Position numbers and translations under genes: made by a program. The notes beneath the pieces were generated by a model. It saw only the letters and a program-made list of their open reading frames with translations. It was not told the DNA's origin and ran no database searches. From an uncultured Verrucomicrobiae bacterium (lineage in GTDB: Bacteria > Verrucomicrobiota > Verrucomicrobiia > Limisphaerales > JAFGQR01), in the NCBI GenBank assembly GCA_963788655.1, contig CAWBHS010000072.1, positions 96,001 to 160,000 on the forward strand: a stretch of 64,000 nucleotides of DNA, given 5' to 3'. Each line of letters starts with the position of its first letter. Position 1 is the first letter of the stretch. This document shows, piece by piece, positions 40,805 through 52,346 of this stretch.

Positions 40805-41986
40805 TCAAAACCGTTCCACCAGCTTTTCGATCAGGAAGGAGCTTTCGCGCATGGCTTGTTCGCAGAAGGGGCCGAACCATTCGGCAATGCGCTTGAATTC
40901 CTCGCTGAATTTCTCCGCATTACCGCTGGCGATCAGGGCCTGCGTATCTTCGACTGAGCGGACGAATTGCTTGAGCAAAGCGCGCCGTTCAGGCGAGGCG
41001 AAGATGATGTCCGCATACAGTCCGGGATCCTGGGCAAACAGGCGTCCCACCATGCCAAGTTCCAAACGGTAAATGGGGCTCGAAAATTCGAGCGTGCGGT
41101 TGAGGTTGATCTGCCGTTGCGCCATGAACCGGCCGAAGGCAAACGAGGCAAAGTGGCGGATGCCCTGCACCAGGTCCATGGCTTGATCGTGTTCAGTGGC
41201 CTCGACGGTCATCACGACGTTTCCCCACGCTGCCAGTTGATCGAGCAACCACTGGCAGGCCTCCTCATCCCGGCCTGGACTCGCCACCACGATCTGTTGG
41301 TCCATGCTGGCTGTCGAAGGTCCAAACAAGGGGTGCAAGCCCACCACCGGCCCGGCATGAGCGGTCAACATCGTGGCTATGGGCGCCTTCTTGATACTGG
41401 TGATGTCCGCCAAAATACACTGCGACGGCAGGCTCGGTCCCAGCCTGGCAATCACGTCGGTGGTGAAATGGATGGGCACGCTGATCAGCGCCAGGTCGAT
41501 TCCAGCGCAGAGTTCGTTGACCTGCGGCCAATCGTCCTGTTCAAGGATGCGGACTTCGTAATTCGCTTCGCCGAACCACCGCCCGAAATAGGCCCCCATC
41601 TGGCCGCGTCCGCCCACAATGAGCACCTTGGCGCCGGGCCGCACCCCGCTCTTGGCGGCGTGAACCGTCTGGCGCACGCGCGATTGTCGCATGATGCTGC
41701 GATACAATTCCTCGATGTGGTCCGGATCCAATCCAGCCTGCCGGGCTTGGGCGCGTCGCTGCGAGATGAGGTTTTCCTCGCGCGCGGGATGGTGAATGGG
41801 CAGGTGCGCTGCTTTCTTGAGCGTCACCACGCGTTGCACCACGTCGTGCCGGCGCGCGAGCAAATCCACAATTTGCTCGTCAATGGCGTCAATTTCGCGC
41901 CGCAAATCTTCGAGCGCCGCTGCGGTAGTGGGCGTTGGGGCTGCCGCGGAAGCGGAAGCAGCTTTAGAAGGTTGATCGTCGTTCAT
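40805..41986 (-). CDS. tyrA: Bifunctional chorismate mutase / prephenate dehydrogenase
   Basis: N-terminal CM (LRREIDAIDEQIV.LL.RR); IVGGRGQMG, DITSIK, GLHPLFGP, HD.AM..VQG.RHF, SSPIYRLEL. Confidence 0.92.
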   Translation of the reverse strand: MNDDQPSKAASASAAAPTPTTAAALEDLRREIDAIDEQIVDLLARRHDVVQRVVTLKKAAHLPIHHPAREENLISQRRAQARQAGLDPDHIEELYRSIMRQSRVRQTVHAAKSGVRPGAKVLIVGGRGQMGAYFGRWFGEANYEVRILEQDDWPQVNELCAGIDLALISVPIHFTTDVIARLGPSLPSQCILADITSIKKAPIATMLTAHAGPVVGLHPLFGPSTASMDQQIVVASPGRDEEACQWLLDQLAAWGNVVMTVEATEHDQAMDLVQGIRHFASFAFGRFMAQRQINLNRTLEFSSPIYRLELGMVGRLFAQDPGLYADIIFASPERRALLKQFVRSVEDTQALIASGNAEKFSEEFKRIAEWFGPFCEQAMRESSFLIEKLVERF

Positions 41987-42267
41987 AGATTGGACTTCTG
42001 GCGTCGGACAGTGGGAAGTTCCCGCGCGCCGGGGCGGTTTTCCAATATCCTTAAAACCACAATCAGCGTGGCCGGCTGGGCTTCGTCAACGATGCCCGGT
42101 ACCAAAGGGCAACTGGTTTTGTCATCAAGCGATTCAAATCGTGGTTGCGTTCCGCGTCAAGGACGCCGCCCAAAAAAGTCGGACCGGAGTCCCGACGTTC
42201 CGGACTTCTGGAACGCGTTCGCCTTACCATCGAGCGTCCGCCCACTTGGGGACGCCTTCGCCTACTC

Positions 42268-42473
42268 GGGACAGCCGAGACGGCTGTCCTACGTTGGTGG
42301 CGCGACATATGAGCATGGTGCGTAGGACAGGCGTCCCGCCTGTCCCGGACTCCCCCGCCGGATCCACCGTTTCATGAGCTTCCGGTTGTTGAAGCGGCAA
42401 CGCAGGGAGCGCCGACCTTCTTGTCGGTCCGGAGGTGGCGCATGGTTCGAGCCGACAAGAATGTTAGCGCACC
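42268..42473. repeat. REP-like elements (GTAGGACAG family plus a second pair)
   Basis: GGGACAGCCGAGACGGCTGTCCTAC and GTAGGACAGGCGTCCCGCCTGTCCC; GCGCCGACCTTCTTGTCGG / CCGACAAGAATGTTAGCGC. Confidence 0.75.
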
Positions 42474-42528
42474 AGGCTACGTTAGCGTTCTGGACTTGCC
42501 GGAAGCCATGCGATACAACACTTGCATT

Positions 42529-44200
42529 ATGACAAGCAATTCCACGTGTTCGGTGGCCGTGCGGTTCACGTTTTCAATATTGGCGGCCCTGTTCTTGTTG
42601 CCTAATCCGACCAGCCTGTTCGCCGGTGGTTTGGCGGATTTGGCCAAGCCGCAGGAAGGACGTTCCATGCGGGCCACCTCGACCATGCGCGTGGGTGAGG
42701 TGCGCCGCGGTGGGTCGGAGCAGAAGATCAATCCCCTCGCCGAGCCGCGCGGTGATCTCGACGAAGCCAGCAATTCGGACAACTTCCGGGTCGCGCCTGG
42801 AGCGACGCACGTATTGCTGGACGCCCAAGGCCCGGGAGTGATCACGCATATCTGGATCACGTTTCTGGGACCGGAGCCGCAGGCGTGGGCCAAGCAAGGT
42901 TCGGCCAATCACCAGGAGATGCTCTTGCGCATGTATTGGGATGGCCACGAACGCCCGGCCGTCGAAGCGCCGGTGGGTGAGTTTTTTGCGAATTGTTTTG
43001 GCAAACGCAGCGAAGTCATCAGCCTGCCGGTGATTGTCGAGGACGCCGATTCCTACAATTGTTTCTGGCAAATGCCGTTTCGGAAATCGGCGCGGATCGA
43101 GATCGTGAACCAGAGCGAGAAACCGATCAGCCTGCTGTATTACAACATCGATTGGATCAAGAAGAAGAGCCTGCGCAAGGACACGCCGTATTTTTATGCG
43201 CAGTATCGGCAGGAATATCCGGTCGAACACGGCAAGGATTACGTGATCCTCGACACCAAGGGCAAAGGCCACTACGTCGGCACCGTGCTGGCAGTGCGCA
43301 CCCGCAGTCCCGCGTGGTTTGGCGAAGGCGATGAGAAGATTTACATCGATGGCGAGGCCAAGCCCTCGATCTGGGGCACCGGCACAGAAGATTATTTCCT
43401 TTCCGCCTGGGGCCTCAAGACCACCAGCACCCCCTATTTCGGCGTGCCCGTATTTCGATCAATGGGGAATTGTGGGTGGCCACACCAGCGCGTATCGCTG
43501 GCACATCAATGATCCGATCGTGTTCAATACCGGCATCAAAGTGACCCTCGAGCATTTCGGCTGGATTTCACCGGACGAAAACCCGGACAATAAATCAACC
43601 AGTTGGAACGAGCGTCAGGACGACTACTCCAGCGTGGCCTTTTGGTATCAAACCGGCGAACCGACCTTCTCCGCCCGCGCCCCATTGGCGGCGGAGCGCA
43701 CGTTGCCCAGCCTCGAACGGTTGACAGTGTATGCGCGCGATTTTACGGATGACAAATATCATGGCGCCGGCAGTGTGGCGCCCCAACAACTGGAGCTGTA
43801 CGACGGCAAGCAACTGTTGTATCGGGCGCCGCAAGCCGAAGGCGCCTGGTTGGAAATTCCTTTCACCGTGAAGAAGAAAGAGCCGTTGCGCCTACTCCTA
43901 AACATGACCAAGGCGCCCGACTTCGGAAAATACCAAGCCTATTTGAACGGAGTGAAGCTACGCGGGGCAATGGACTTCTACAATGCCGATATCGTCAGCG
44001 AGGAATTTCATCTGCTCGATTTCTGGCCCTCCCCGGGCGACTATACGCTGCGCCTGGAGTGTGTGGGGAAGAATCCGCAGTCCACCGGTTACTACCTGGG
44101 GATGGAGTCAGTCCGTTTGCGCGAACGGCGTCCGCGCGTGACCACCTACGGCTTCGACAAAGACAAAGATTGGAAAACGCATCCGGTGCTGTACCGATAG
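42529..44200 (+). CDS. GH172 (DUF2961) glycoside hydrolase with C-terminal beta-sandwich domain (frameshift ~43450)
   Basis: GPGVITHIWIT, YWDG...PAVEAPVG.FF, MPFRKSARI, WFGEGDE, GTGTEDYF, YRWHI.DPI.F. Confidence 0.88.
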
Positions 44201-44273
44201 CGAAGGGGGCGCCATTTGTTTGCGGACGGATTACGGAGTCGAAGAGCCCTAATCCGAACATCTCACACGCGCT

Positions 44274-44623
44274 GTAGCCGTCGAGGTGAGGAGGCGGAGT
44301 GCAGGAACTGGATCCAGTTCCGCCTCCTCACCTCGGCGGCTACGGGCTGTCAGCGTTCCATGCTTGCTGTGAAGTATTCGGATTAACGGCATCTCGACGG
44401 AGCGGCGCTGTTGTCGAAGTGCGGCGTGGCATGATAACCAAGCTCCTCTGCGAAGGGAATCAAGCCACGCTGGAGAATTTCCCAATTGGATGAACCGGTT
44501 GCCAGTTCGTCGCGCCAGCGTTTGGAGAGAGGCTGTCGATGTTTTGTTGGACCGACTCTATTTGTGACGCGTGGGTTTAACGAAAGCGGGAGCAAGCTCC
44601 ACGCACTCCAGACGCTGGCGCGA
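44274..44623. repeat. REP doublets (GTAGCCG family, GGAGTGCG family)
   Basis: GTAGCCGTCGAGGTGAGGAGGCGGA ... TCCGCCTCCTCACCTCGGCGGCTAC; AAAGCGGGAGCAAGCTCCACGCACTCCAGACGCTGGCGCGA. Confidence 0.8.
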
Positions 44624-44680
44624 CCTTGCAGGCGATTCGGGCGATTGGGCGTTTGTTTTGTACGAACGGCGCGTTCCGAA

Positions 44681-45167
44681 CTGCCAGCAAGATGCCGGCA
44701 GCACGCTGCCTAACGTGCTGCCGGCGTCCCGCCGGCAGAAACGGAAGCACCGGAAAGATTCGAACTGACACCACCGGCGGCGATTGGTGCGCTCGCCCTT
44801 GCTTACCAATTCGTGGCCCTCTCTTCCGGTCGATCTGCCGGCAAGATGCCGGCAGCACGCTGCCTAACGTGCTGCCGGCGTCCCGCCGGCAGAAACGGAA
44901 GCACCGGAAAGATTCGAACTGACACCACCGGCGGCGATTGGTGCGCTCGCCCTTGCTTGCCAATTCGTGGCCCTCTCTTCCGGTCGAACTGCCGGCAAGA
45001 TGCCGGCAGCACGCTGCCTAACGTGCTGCCGGCGTCCCGCCGGCAGAAACGGGAGCCCCGGAAAGATTCGAACTGACACCACCGGCGACGTTTGGTGCGC
45101 TCGACCTTGCTTACCAATTCGTGGCCCTCTCTTCCGGTCGATCTGCCGGCAAGATGCCGGCAGCACG
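44681..45167. repeat. 154-bp tandem repeat (3 units + partial), BIME-like REP array
   Basis: Units start at 44681, 44835, 44989, 45143; each is CTGCCGGCAAGATGCCGGCAGCAC + 10 nt + GTGCTGCCGGCGTCCCGCCGGCAG + near-identical linker. Confidence 0.92.
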
Positions 45168-45177
45168 TTCCGAGGGC

Positions 45178-48100
45178 TTACGCGCGCAATTCGACTTCCA
45201 CCGCCTGGCCTTCGGTGACGTTGGCCGTTTCCGCCAGCTTCAACCGCACTTCATTACCGTTGCGCTGGAGCATGGCTGGCACTTCACGTCCGCCGATGCG
45301 AACGGTGGCGGCTGGAGCCTGGGCCTTATCGGGGAGTTCAAATACCAGTTCCTGGAGTCGTAGTTTGCCGTGGCGCAGTTCGATGCGTTCGCGTTGAACG
45401 GCTCCGTCGCGCTCCTGGACGAATAAGCCCCAGCCTTCCGGTGCCGTAAAGAACGAGCGATGGTCAGTTGGTTGCCAGTGCGGACGAAATCCCAGCACGC
45501 CCGCCGGGCCATCAAGCACGAGTCCCTGGCTGGCGATCAGCAACGACCACGAACTCATGGCGCGCGCGTAGAACTTGCCGCATTCAAGTTCGTTGAACGG
45601 ATTGCCCCCAGGACCGGAATTCAATCCATCGCGCCGGCGACCGTCATAACGGCTCCGGGCCATTTTCACGATGCGCCGCGCGGGTTCGATCAGGCCCTCG
45701 AAAATCATCAGGCCGGCGGCGGCGTATTCGATGCCGGTCCAGACTTCGTCCGCATAGAGCACGAACGATTTGGGCCGGTCGTTGTGTGGCCAGGTACAAA
45801 TCAGCAGCCCACCTTCGTCATCGGGAATGTAGCGCCGTGGGGACTTGTTTGAAACCGGCAAACGTCTTGCGAAAATTGTAGCGGCCCACAGATTCCATCG
45901 CCTGCCGCACCCGCTCCGGTGGATACAAATAGCCGACGCCCAGCGTATGGGCCCACCATTGGCCGAGCAATTGGTCGCTTAGACAGCCGTTGTTGTAATC
46001 GCGGTCGGGGACGGCACTCGGAAGCTGGATGAAATACTCGCCGTTCCACAATTGCGCGTTCTGGTTCTTCATTCCCGCCTCGCGCACGGTGCGCCATTGC
46101 CGGGCTTTGTCCGCGTCGTTCATGGCCAGAGCCAATTGCTCGGCGGCCGCCAGAGCGGAAAGGTATTGCGAGCCGATGAACGTGTTGGCGCCGGAAACCG
46201 CGGTGTCATACGTGTTCCATTGCTTGCCGTCCGGCACGCCGTCGTGGTCGGCATCGAACTTCTCGATCATCCAATCGGTGGCTTTCTGCAACCCCGGCCA
46301 GATCCGTTCCAGAAACTTCCGGTCGGGACTGAGTTGGTGTTCGCGCAACGCCGCTTCGATGGTGGCGCAGTGGCCGTCGATGAATGCGCCGTGCGGACTG
46401 TGCTGGCGGTGCGACGTCTCGCCGTCTGGGTGCAGATAAGTCACCAGATCGGAAATGCGCATGTTCCGGCCAATCTCGGGGAACAGCCGCGCGTGCGATT
46501 GGGCGTAGTTCCAGACGTGCGTGCAATTGAGCGGGCAGCAACCGTAACAACCTTCGAATCCCGCAAAGTAACCCGCTTCCGACCACCAACAAGTCGGCCC
46601 GCGAAAAATCACCGATTGCGAACTCATCGCATCGAGAAATTCCTCCGGCAGGTTCGACTGATAGAAAGTCTCGTGATAGAGGCGCGTGCGTTGCCAGAGC
46701 GCGTCCGCGTTGGCTCGCGACGTGACGCGCCACCGCCAGTGCGTCCGGCCAGCGGCGCGCATACAGATTGCCCTCGTGGCCGAAGCGTTCGACGTTCGGG
46801 AAATGCCAGGCCAGCACGAAGGTTACGGTGCGTTGCTCACCGGGCTGGAGCGTAAATGGTACGCTCAGCGCGGCATTGAACGTTTCGCCCGCAGCACTTT
46901 CGCCGGAGTCTTCGCCCGGCTTCAGGCCGGCGACGATTTCATCGCGTGACGTCCAACGTGGCGTGGCGACCGCTGCGCGATCCAACGCCGCCAGGGTCAT
47001 CGTACCCCAGCCCGGCACGGCGGGCACCAAGTGGTGACCATCTTTTAATGATTCGCCTTCCGCTGCGAGCAGCGCCTCCGCCCAACTCCACGGCAGATTA
47101 TCCGCCAACGCCAGGATGACGCGCCCTTTGCCCAGCGGCCCGGTGATCAGCAATGGATCGCCATTGGGAGCGGTAACGAGCGCGTGATAACCATTATCGC
47201 CGTCGCGGAATCCCTGGAGCTGGGTGTAGTTGGTGATGGCCCATGGTTCTTTGACCCCTTTCCAAGTGGCGTGGAAATCACCGTCCAACATGGCAGCCTC
47301 AGCCGCAGTGAACGGTACCGTGAATTGATCGGCTGCCGACCGTAGCGGCGAGCCCAGTTGTAACACGGCTTCCGGTGGAATGTCGGAGAAAACGATCTGG
47401 TCCACGTTAATGTGACCCCAGGCATCCGAGCGGCGGTCCACAATTTCCAAGACCGCCTGCTGGCCCTTGAGGTCGGCGACGTCCCAACCGGCGGGCGCGA
47501 GCTGTTCGCGGTCTTTGCCGGTCGCCGTGCGGACCACCTTTCCGCCAACGCGCAGGTTCAGGCAGGTTTGGTTTCGGTGCGCGCCGCCGCCAATCAGGAA
47601 TCCGATGTAACGTCGCTCGATGGTAAACGGTTTCGAGGTCAGCGTGCCTTGAGGTCCATCGCCGGGCAGGTACGTGTTAACCAATCCGCGGCCCGCGAAA
47701 CCGCTGACCTGTTGCTGATTGGGATGGGTTCCCGTCGAAGGCGCTTTACCGAAGCCTTCGCCGCTGGCGGTCCAGCCGTCGTAGTTGCCTTTTTCGAAGT
47801 CCTCGAACACGGTGTAGGCGCGCTTGAGTTCTTCCGGGTTCCCGCGCAAGGCGGCGATATTGGCAAAGAACGACGATTGGACGGCGCCCGCCATGAGGGT
47901 GCCGCCAGCGTTGGCCAGTCGAACCACCGTGTTGGCGGTCGGCGTCGAAAGCCCCGGAAGTTGCGCGATCCACTGGCGTTCCGCCGCGGACACAATTTCG
48001 TCGGAGGCAGCGCGAACTTTCACTGCAAGCTGGGCACTGGGTCAAGGGCCTTTTCCATTGCTATGGCCACCAGGTCGCGCTCGCGGATCGTGCGGTTGCG

Positions 48101-48808
48101 ATTGCGTCCGTAACCATGAAACCGCACCCCCTGAATTCCACCTTCACCGCGGCTCCCAATGGCATTTTGACAAGTGCTGATCAGGGCCACTTCAACTGGC
48201 GCGGCGCCGGGATTGCGCGCCGTGAACCGGAACATTGCACACGGAATGGACGAGTTGGCTGCATCCGTCGGGATGAAGGGATTGAAGCCCTCAAGTCGCA
48301 CCGCGACGGGCAGGGCCGGATCATTGTAATCAAGCCGGGCAATTGGGTAGCCGCCTTCGTAGGTCAGCGACGCTACTGGTTGTAGTGGTTCTTCCGCCGT
48401 GGTTTGCAGCACGCGCAGGACTGCGGGTTGATTGCCGACTTTGGCGCGTACCGCAAAGAAGCTGTCCGGGATGCGCGACTCGCCGAAGTTGTTGAAGATT
48501 TGCCAGACGCCGAGTCGTCCTTGGCCATCGAGCCAGACGGTGCCGGTGCCAATGCCGCCGATGGGCATGCCGACGGCCTCGAGGTTTGCGCCGCGATATA
48601 CCCGCGGCGGCGTGAGCGGGTAACGCCAGGTGTCGGGGATTTTCGGCGCGGTCAACGCAGCGGTGGCCGAGGGGGCGCGGAGCAATTCGGCGCTGACCGC
48701 GAGTCCCGCAGCGCCGGCGGCGATGGATTGAATAAACTCGCGCCGGGTCAGTTCGGGGGGCAGGGGAGGGCGGCAGCGGCCGCCACAACAACAATTTTCA
48801 TCTGACAT
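45178..48808 (-). CDS. Tat-exported GH116-family glycosidase with inserted CBM38/levanase-associated-like domain (frameshifts ~48020, ~46735, ~45840)
   Basis: TRREFI Tat motif; GMPIGGIGTG, NPFIP.D..NSSIP; insert DFE...GW...G.GFG...FLIGGG...RTATG...WGHINVD; FEG..GCC..NCTHVWNY, NTYD, DQLLGQWW, EVWTGIEY, RYDG, NPFNE.ECG..YAR.MSSW. Confidence 0.85.
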
Positions 48809-49107
48809 AATCGGTTCTCCTTAAAGGCTGAGGTTAACGAATGGAAATGCGCACGACTCGAGTTTTGTGAACGGTGCTCTGGTTGATGACTTGCAAGCAG
48901 ACACCTCCTGATTGCTCGAACGCGCCGTTCCATTCGCGGTCGGTGCGAGGCGCACCGACCAACAGGCGTCTCGCCTGTGCTCTCCGGCACTCCCAATGGA
49001 ATTAGGACGGCCAAACGTCAGGATGGCTGGTTGCATGACCGTCAGATTAAGCGGAGCGGTGGCGCCTCGTCACTAATCTTTTGGGCGCGCCTGCCCTCGT
49101 CGCGAAC

Positions 49108-49213
49108 AAAAGCCGGAGCAAGCTCCGCGCACTCCAAACGCTGGCGATAGATTTGACAGGGCCGCAGAAAGGTCGCGTCAGCGTTTGGAGGGCGTCCGGC
49201 TGGCCGGCGCTTT
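49108..49213. repeat. REP doublet (GGAGTGCG family)
   Basis: AAAGCCGGAGCAAGCTCCGCGCACTCCAAACGCTGGCG ... CAGCGTTTGGAGGGCGTCCGGCTGGCCGGCGCTTT. Confidence 0.75.
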
Positions 49214-49230
49214 GGCGGGCCAAGGCGCTG

Positions 49231-49659
49231 CTACAGGCTCAACATTTCGTCTTGCGTCAGGAGGTGCAGGCCGCGTTGGGCCAGGACTTCCCGGGCGCGG
49301 GCGAGGTCGTGAACTTCCACCACCAGGATCGCGCGATTGTTCGCCACGAACCCGGACGTGTTTTCGAGGTTGATGTTGTGTTCGGCCAGCGCCTCCGCCA
49401 CGGCCTGCAACGCGCCGGGACGATCCTGAACCTCCACGGCCAGAGCTTCGAGCAATGTGGCCATCACGCCCTGCTGCTTGAGGTGTTGAATCGCCGCGTC
49501 GGGCTGGTCCACCAGGAACTTCATCACGCCGAAGGTGCCGCTGTTGGCGATGGTGGCCCAGCGGAGGTTGACGTCCGCCGCGGCCAGAATCCCTGTGATG
49601 CGGGCCGTTTGGCCCGGCTTGTTTTCGGCAAATACCGCAATTAGTTGAACCGCACTCAT
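49231..49659 (-). CDS. Tandem ACT-domain protein (PaaK-associated)
   Basis: QLIAVFAENKPG...LA..DVNL; AVEVQDRPGAL..VAEALA..NINLE. Confidence 0.88.
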   Translation of the reverse strand: MSAVQLIAVFAENKPGQTARITGILAAADVNLRWATIANSGTFGVMKFLVDQPDAAIQHLKQQGVMATLLEALAVEVQDRPGALQAVAEALAEHNINLENTSGFVANNRAILVVEVHDLARAREVLAQRGLHLLTQDEMLSL

Positions 49660-49715
49660 AATTGATTTGCAGGACAGTTTGAGTATTTCACATTCCGCAG
49701 AAAACACCGGCGAGA

Positions 49716-49780
49716 GTAGCCGCCGACGTAAGGAGGCGGACCACGATACACCTGCTCCGCCTCCTTACGTTAGCGGCTAC
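49716..49780. repeat. REP doublet (GTAGCCG family)
   Basis: GTAGCCGCCGACGTAAGGAGGCGGA ... TCCGCCTCCTTACGTTAGCGGCTAC. Confidence 0.8.
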
Positions 49781-49801
49781 CACGGCCTTAAGACATCCGA
49801 G

Positions 49802-51095
49802 TTATAGCGATCGCTTGTCAATCACTCGTATGGCTTTGCCCTGGCTTACGGGCAATGTACCCGGCGGCACCAGGTTCACTTTGGGTTTGACCAGCACTTC
49901 GGCCCGGATCTTTTCCGCAATCTTGGCTTGCAGTTGGGCCAGGTGTTCGACTTGTCCGTCGAAGCCGGCTTCGGCTAACTCGACTTTGATGGTCATTTCG
50001 TCCAACCCGTCGAGTAGGATCAAATAGTTTCGTCCCAGCGACGGCAGGCCCATCAACACACTTTCGATTTGCTGCGGATAAATGTTCACGCCGCGGACAA
50101 TCAGCATGTCGTCGGATCGGCCGGTGATGCGGTTGATCCGGCGATGGGTGCGACCGCACGCACATGGCTCCGCAATGATCGAGGTCATGTCCCGCGTTCG
50201 GTAACGGAGCAAGGGCATGGCTTCGCGACTGAGCGAGGTCAACACCAGTTCACCCAGCTTGCCCTCGGGCAGCGGATCACCCGTTTCCGGATTCACGACT
50301 TCCATCAGGTAATGGTCTTCCCACAGGTGCATGCCGTGTTTTTCCTCGCACTCGAACGCGACGCCCGGGCCGTTCATTTCGGAGAGGCCATACGAATTGA
50401 ACACCTGGATACCGAGCGCATCCTCGATTTTGCGCCGCGTTTCCTCGGTGTAGGGTTCGGCGCCGACAAACGCGCGGCACAAGGAGAGATCACGGCGGGG
50501 ATCAACGCCTTTCTTCTCAAGAAAATCTGCAAAGTAAAGCGCGTATCCGGGCGTGACGTGGATGGCGGTGGTCTTGAAATCCTGCATCAACATAAGCTGC
50601 CGCTCCGAGTTGCCCGGCCCGGCGGGAATGACCAGGCACCCGACCTTTTCCGCGCCGTAGTGCATGACCAGCGCGCCGGTGAACAGTCCGTAGGTCATCA
50701 TGTTTTGCAGCACGTCCCCCTGGCGCACGCCAGACATGATCAGACAGCGGGCGATCAAATCGGCGGCGGTGTCCACGTCCTGGCGGGAGAAGAACAGCGC
50801 CTTGGGTTTGCCGGTGGTCCCGCTGGAGGTGTGCAGCCGGACCGGTTCACTCAAGGGTACCGCCATCAGGCCAGTCGGATAATTGGCCCGTAGATCCGCG
50901 CTCGTGGTGAATGGCAACTGGTGGACATCCGCCAGCGACTGGATGTTGTCCGGCTTGAACGTCTTGTTCAGCGAGTTTGGTTCGGTAGAACGGGACGTTC
51001 TGCGCGACGCGGCGGACGGTGTCCCGCAGTCGGGTTACCTGCAACTGCTCCAGCGCCGTGCGGTCGATGGTTTCAAGTTCGCGATTCCAATACAT
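49802..51095 (-). CDS. paaK: Phenylacetate-CoA ligase family (frameshift ~50958)
   Basis: HTSSGTTGKP, YGLFTG, GAEP, YGLSEMNGPG, RYRTRD, GRSDDMLIVRGVN, GKAIRVID. Confidence 0.9.
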
Positions 51096-51104
51096 TGCCG
51101 GCCT

Positions 51105-52199
51105 TTAATCTTTCCATAAATCTTTGGTTCGTTCCGCCAAGTCGGGCATGGGTGGCAACGGGGCGCTGGGCACCGGTTCATACCAGAACGTGGCCGCCGA
51201 CCAGTCGTCCTGCCGTTCGTACAGCCCGTTCTTGTAGCCGATTTGCTGGATGGTTATCCGACCACTCTTTTGCCAATAAATCGGGTCCGGCAAATGCCAA
51301 CGGTACATGGACACGAAGCCCTTTTGGTCCAGGCTGCAACCATTGTAACGAAACGGCGTTTGTTGCATGCCCCAGGACAAGCCCACGTAGTCTTCGCTGC
51401 CGGTGCCGCAGATGGTGGGAAATTCCTTGTCGCCGTCCATAAACACCTTCACTTCCCCTTCGCCCCACCAATTGCCTTCCAACGCGCGAATGCCGATGAG
51501 GGAACCGATGAACCGCCCTTTGGCGTTGCGTTGCGGGAGCAGTTCGAAGTCCTGCTTCAGCGTGGTTGGATTTTCGCGACGAAACAACACGTGCAATCGG
51601 CCCACGTCCTTGGGATGCTTGTCGCCGAGGGTGTAATCAATCTGGTAAAAGAGCGGTGTGGCTTTGCTGCCTTCGTGCGTGAACGTCATCCGGACGCCTT
51701 TGCGAAACGGCATCGGCAACCAGATGTTCATCCCGGCATTCTGGCCGACCGAATGAACGGCCGACTGGTAGGCCATCACCTTGCCATGGGCCATGCCCAT
51801 AAAATCCCCAACCGGGCATTCGATGCTGGGATGTTCTTGACCGTCCCAATACGCTCGCAGCACACAGGCCCGGAGCGTCTCCGGATCGTGGTGCATGGTG
51901 ATCCAGATATGCCGGATGGTTCCCTCGCCCTGAATGTCGCACAGCGTTACCGCCTCCCCGGGCTTAATGGTGCGGGCCGGTGCGCCTTTGCGACCGACGC
52001 CCAATTGACTGGCGGCTTTTCCTCCGGCTCCCTTGGCGCCAGTGGGATTCTCGAACGAAATGGAGCGCGACACGAGGCCGTTATCCAATTGGTAGGGTTG
52101 GTGGATGACATCGGGTGGTGGTGCCGCCAGAACGTTCATTTCCAAGATTCCCGTCAACGCGGCGGTCAGCACGACTGAACAAATCAGATTCCTTTTCAT
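51105..52199 (-). CDS. GH172 (DUF2961) glycoside hydrolase, secreted
   Basis: Signal peptide; SRSISFENPTG.KG.GG, IRHIWIT, YWDG, WWGEGE, GTGSEDY, YRWHLPDPI. Confidence 0.9.
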   Translation of the reverse strand: MKRNLICSVVLTAALTGILEMNVLAAPPPDVIHQPYQLDNGLVSRSISFENPTGAKGAGGKAASQLGVGRKGAPARTIKPGEAVTLCDIQGEGTIRHIWITMHHDPETLRACVLRAYWDGQEHPSIECPVGDFMGMAHGKVMAYQSAVHSVGQNAGMNIWLPMPFRKGVRMTFTHEGSKATPLFYQIDYTLGDKHPKDVGRLHVLFRRENPTTLKQDFELLPQRNAKGRFIGSLIGIRALEGNWWGEGEVKVFMDGDKEFPTICGTGSEDYVGLSWGMQQTPFRYNGCSLDQKGFVSMYRWHLPDPIYWQKSGRITIQQIGYKNGLYERQDDWSAATFWYEPVPSAPLPPMPDLAERTKDLWKD

Positions 52200-52346
52200 G
52201 GTGGTGGATTTACCGGTTCACATTGTGTTTTCGCTGTTGCAGTGATGCTGAAGCAAGGCATCCCGGCATTCAATAAAGAAAGTGGCCGGCCCGTCTGGAC
52301 CGGCCACTCGCGCAGGAGTGCGATCTTGGCGATGCCGCCGTCGTCG

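Noticed and set aside
44681..45167. Possible CRISPR array
   Set aside because: The would-be spacers are near-identical, the period is 154 bp, and no cas genes are present
44486..45218. Short repetitive ORFs over REP clusters (also 4175-4643)
   Set aside because: They derive from palindromic repeats and have no protein-like features
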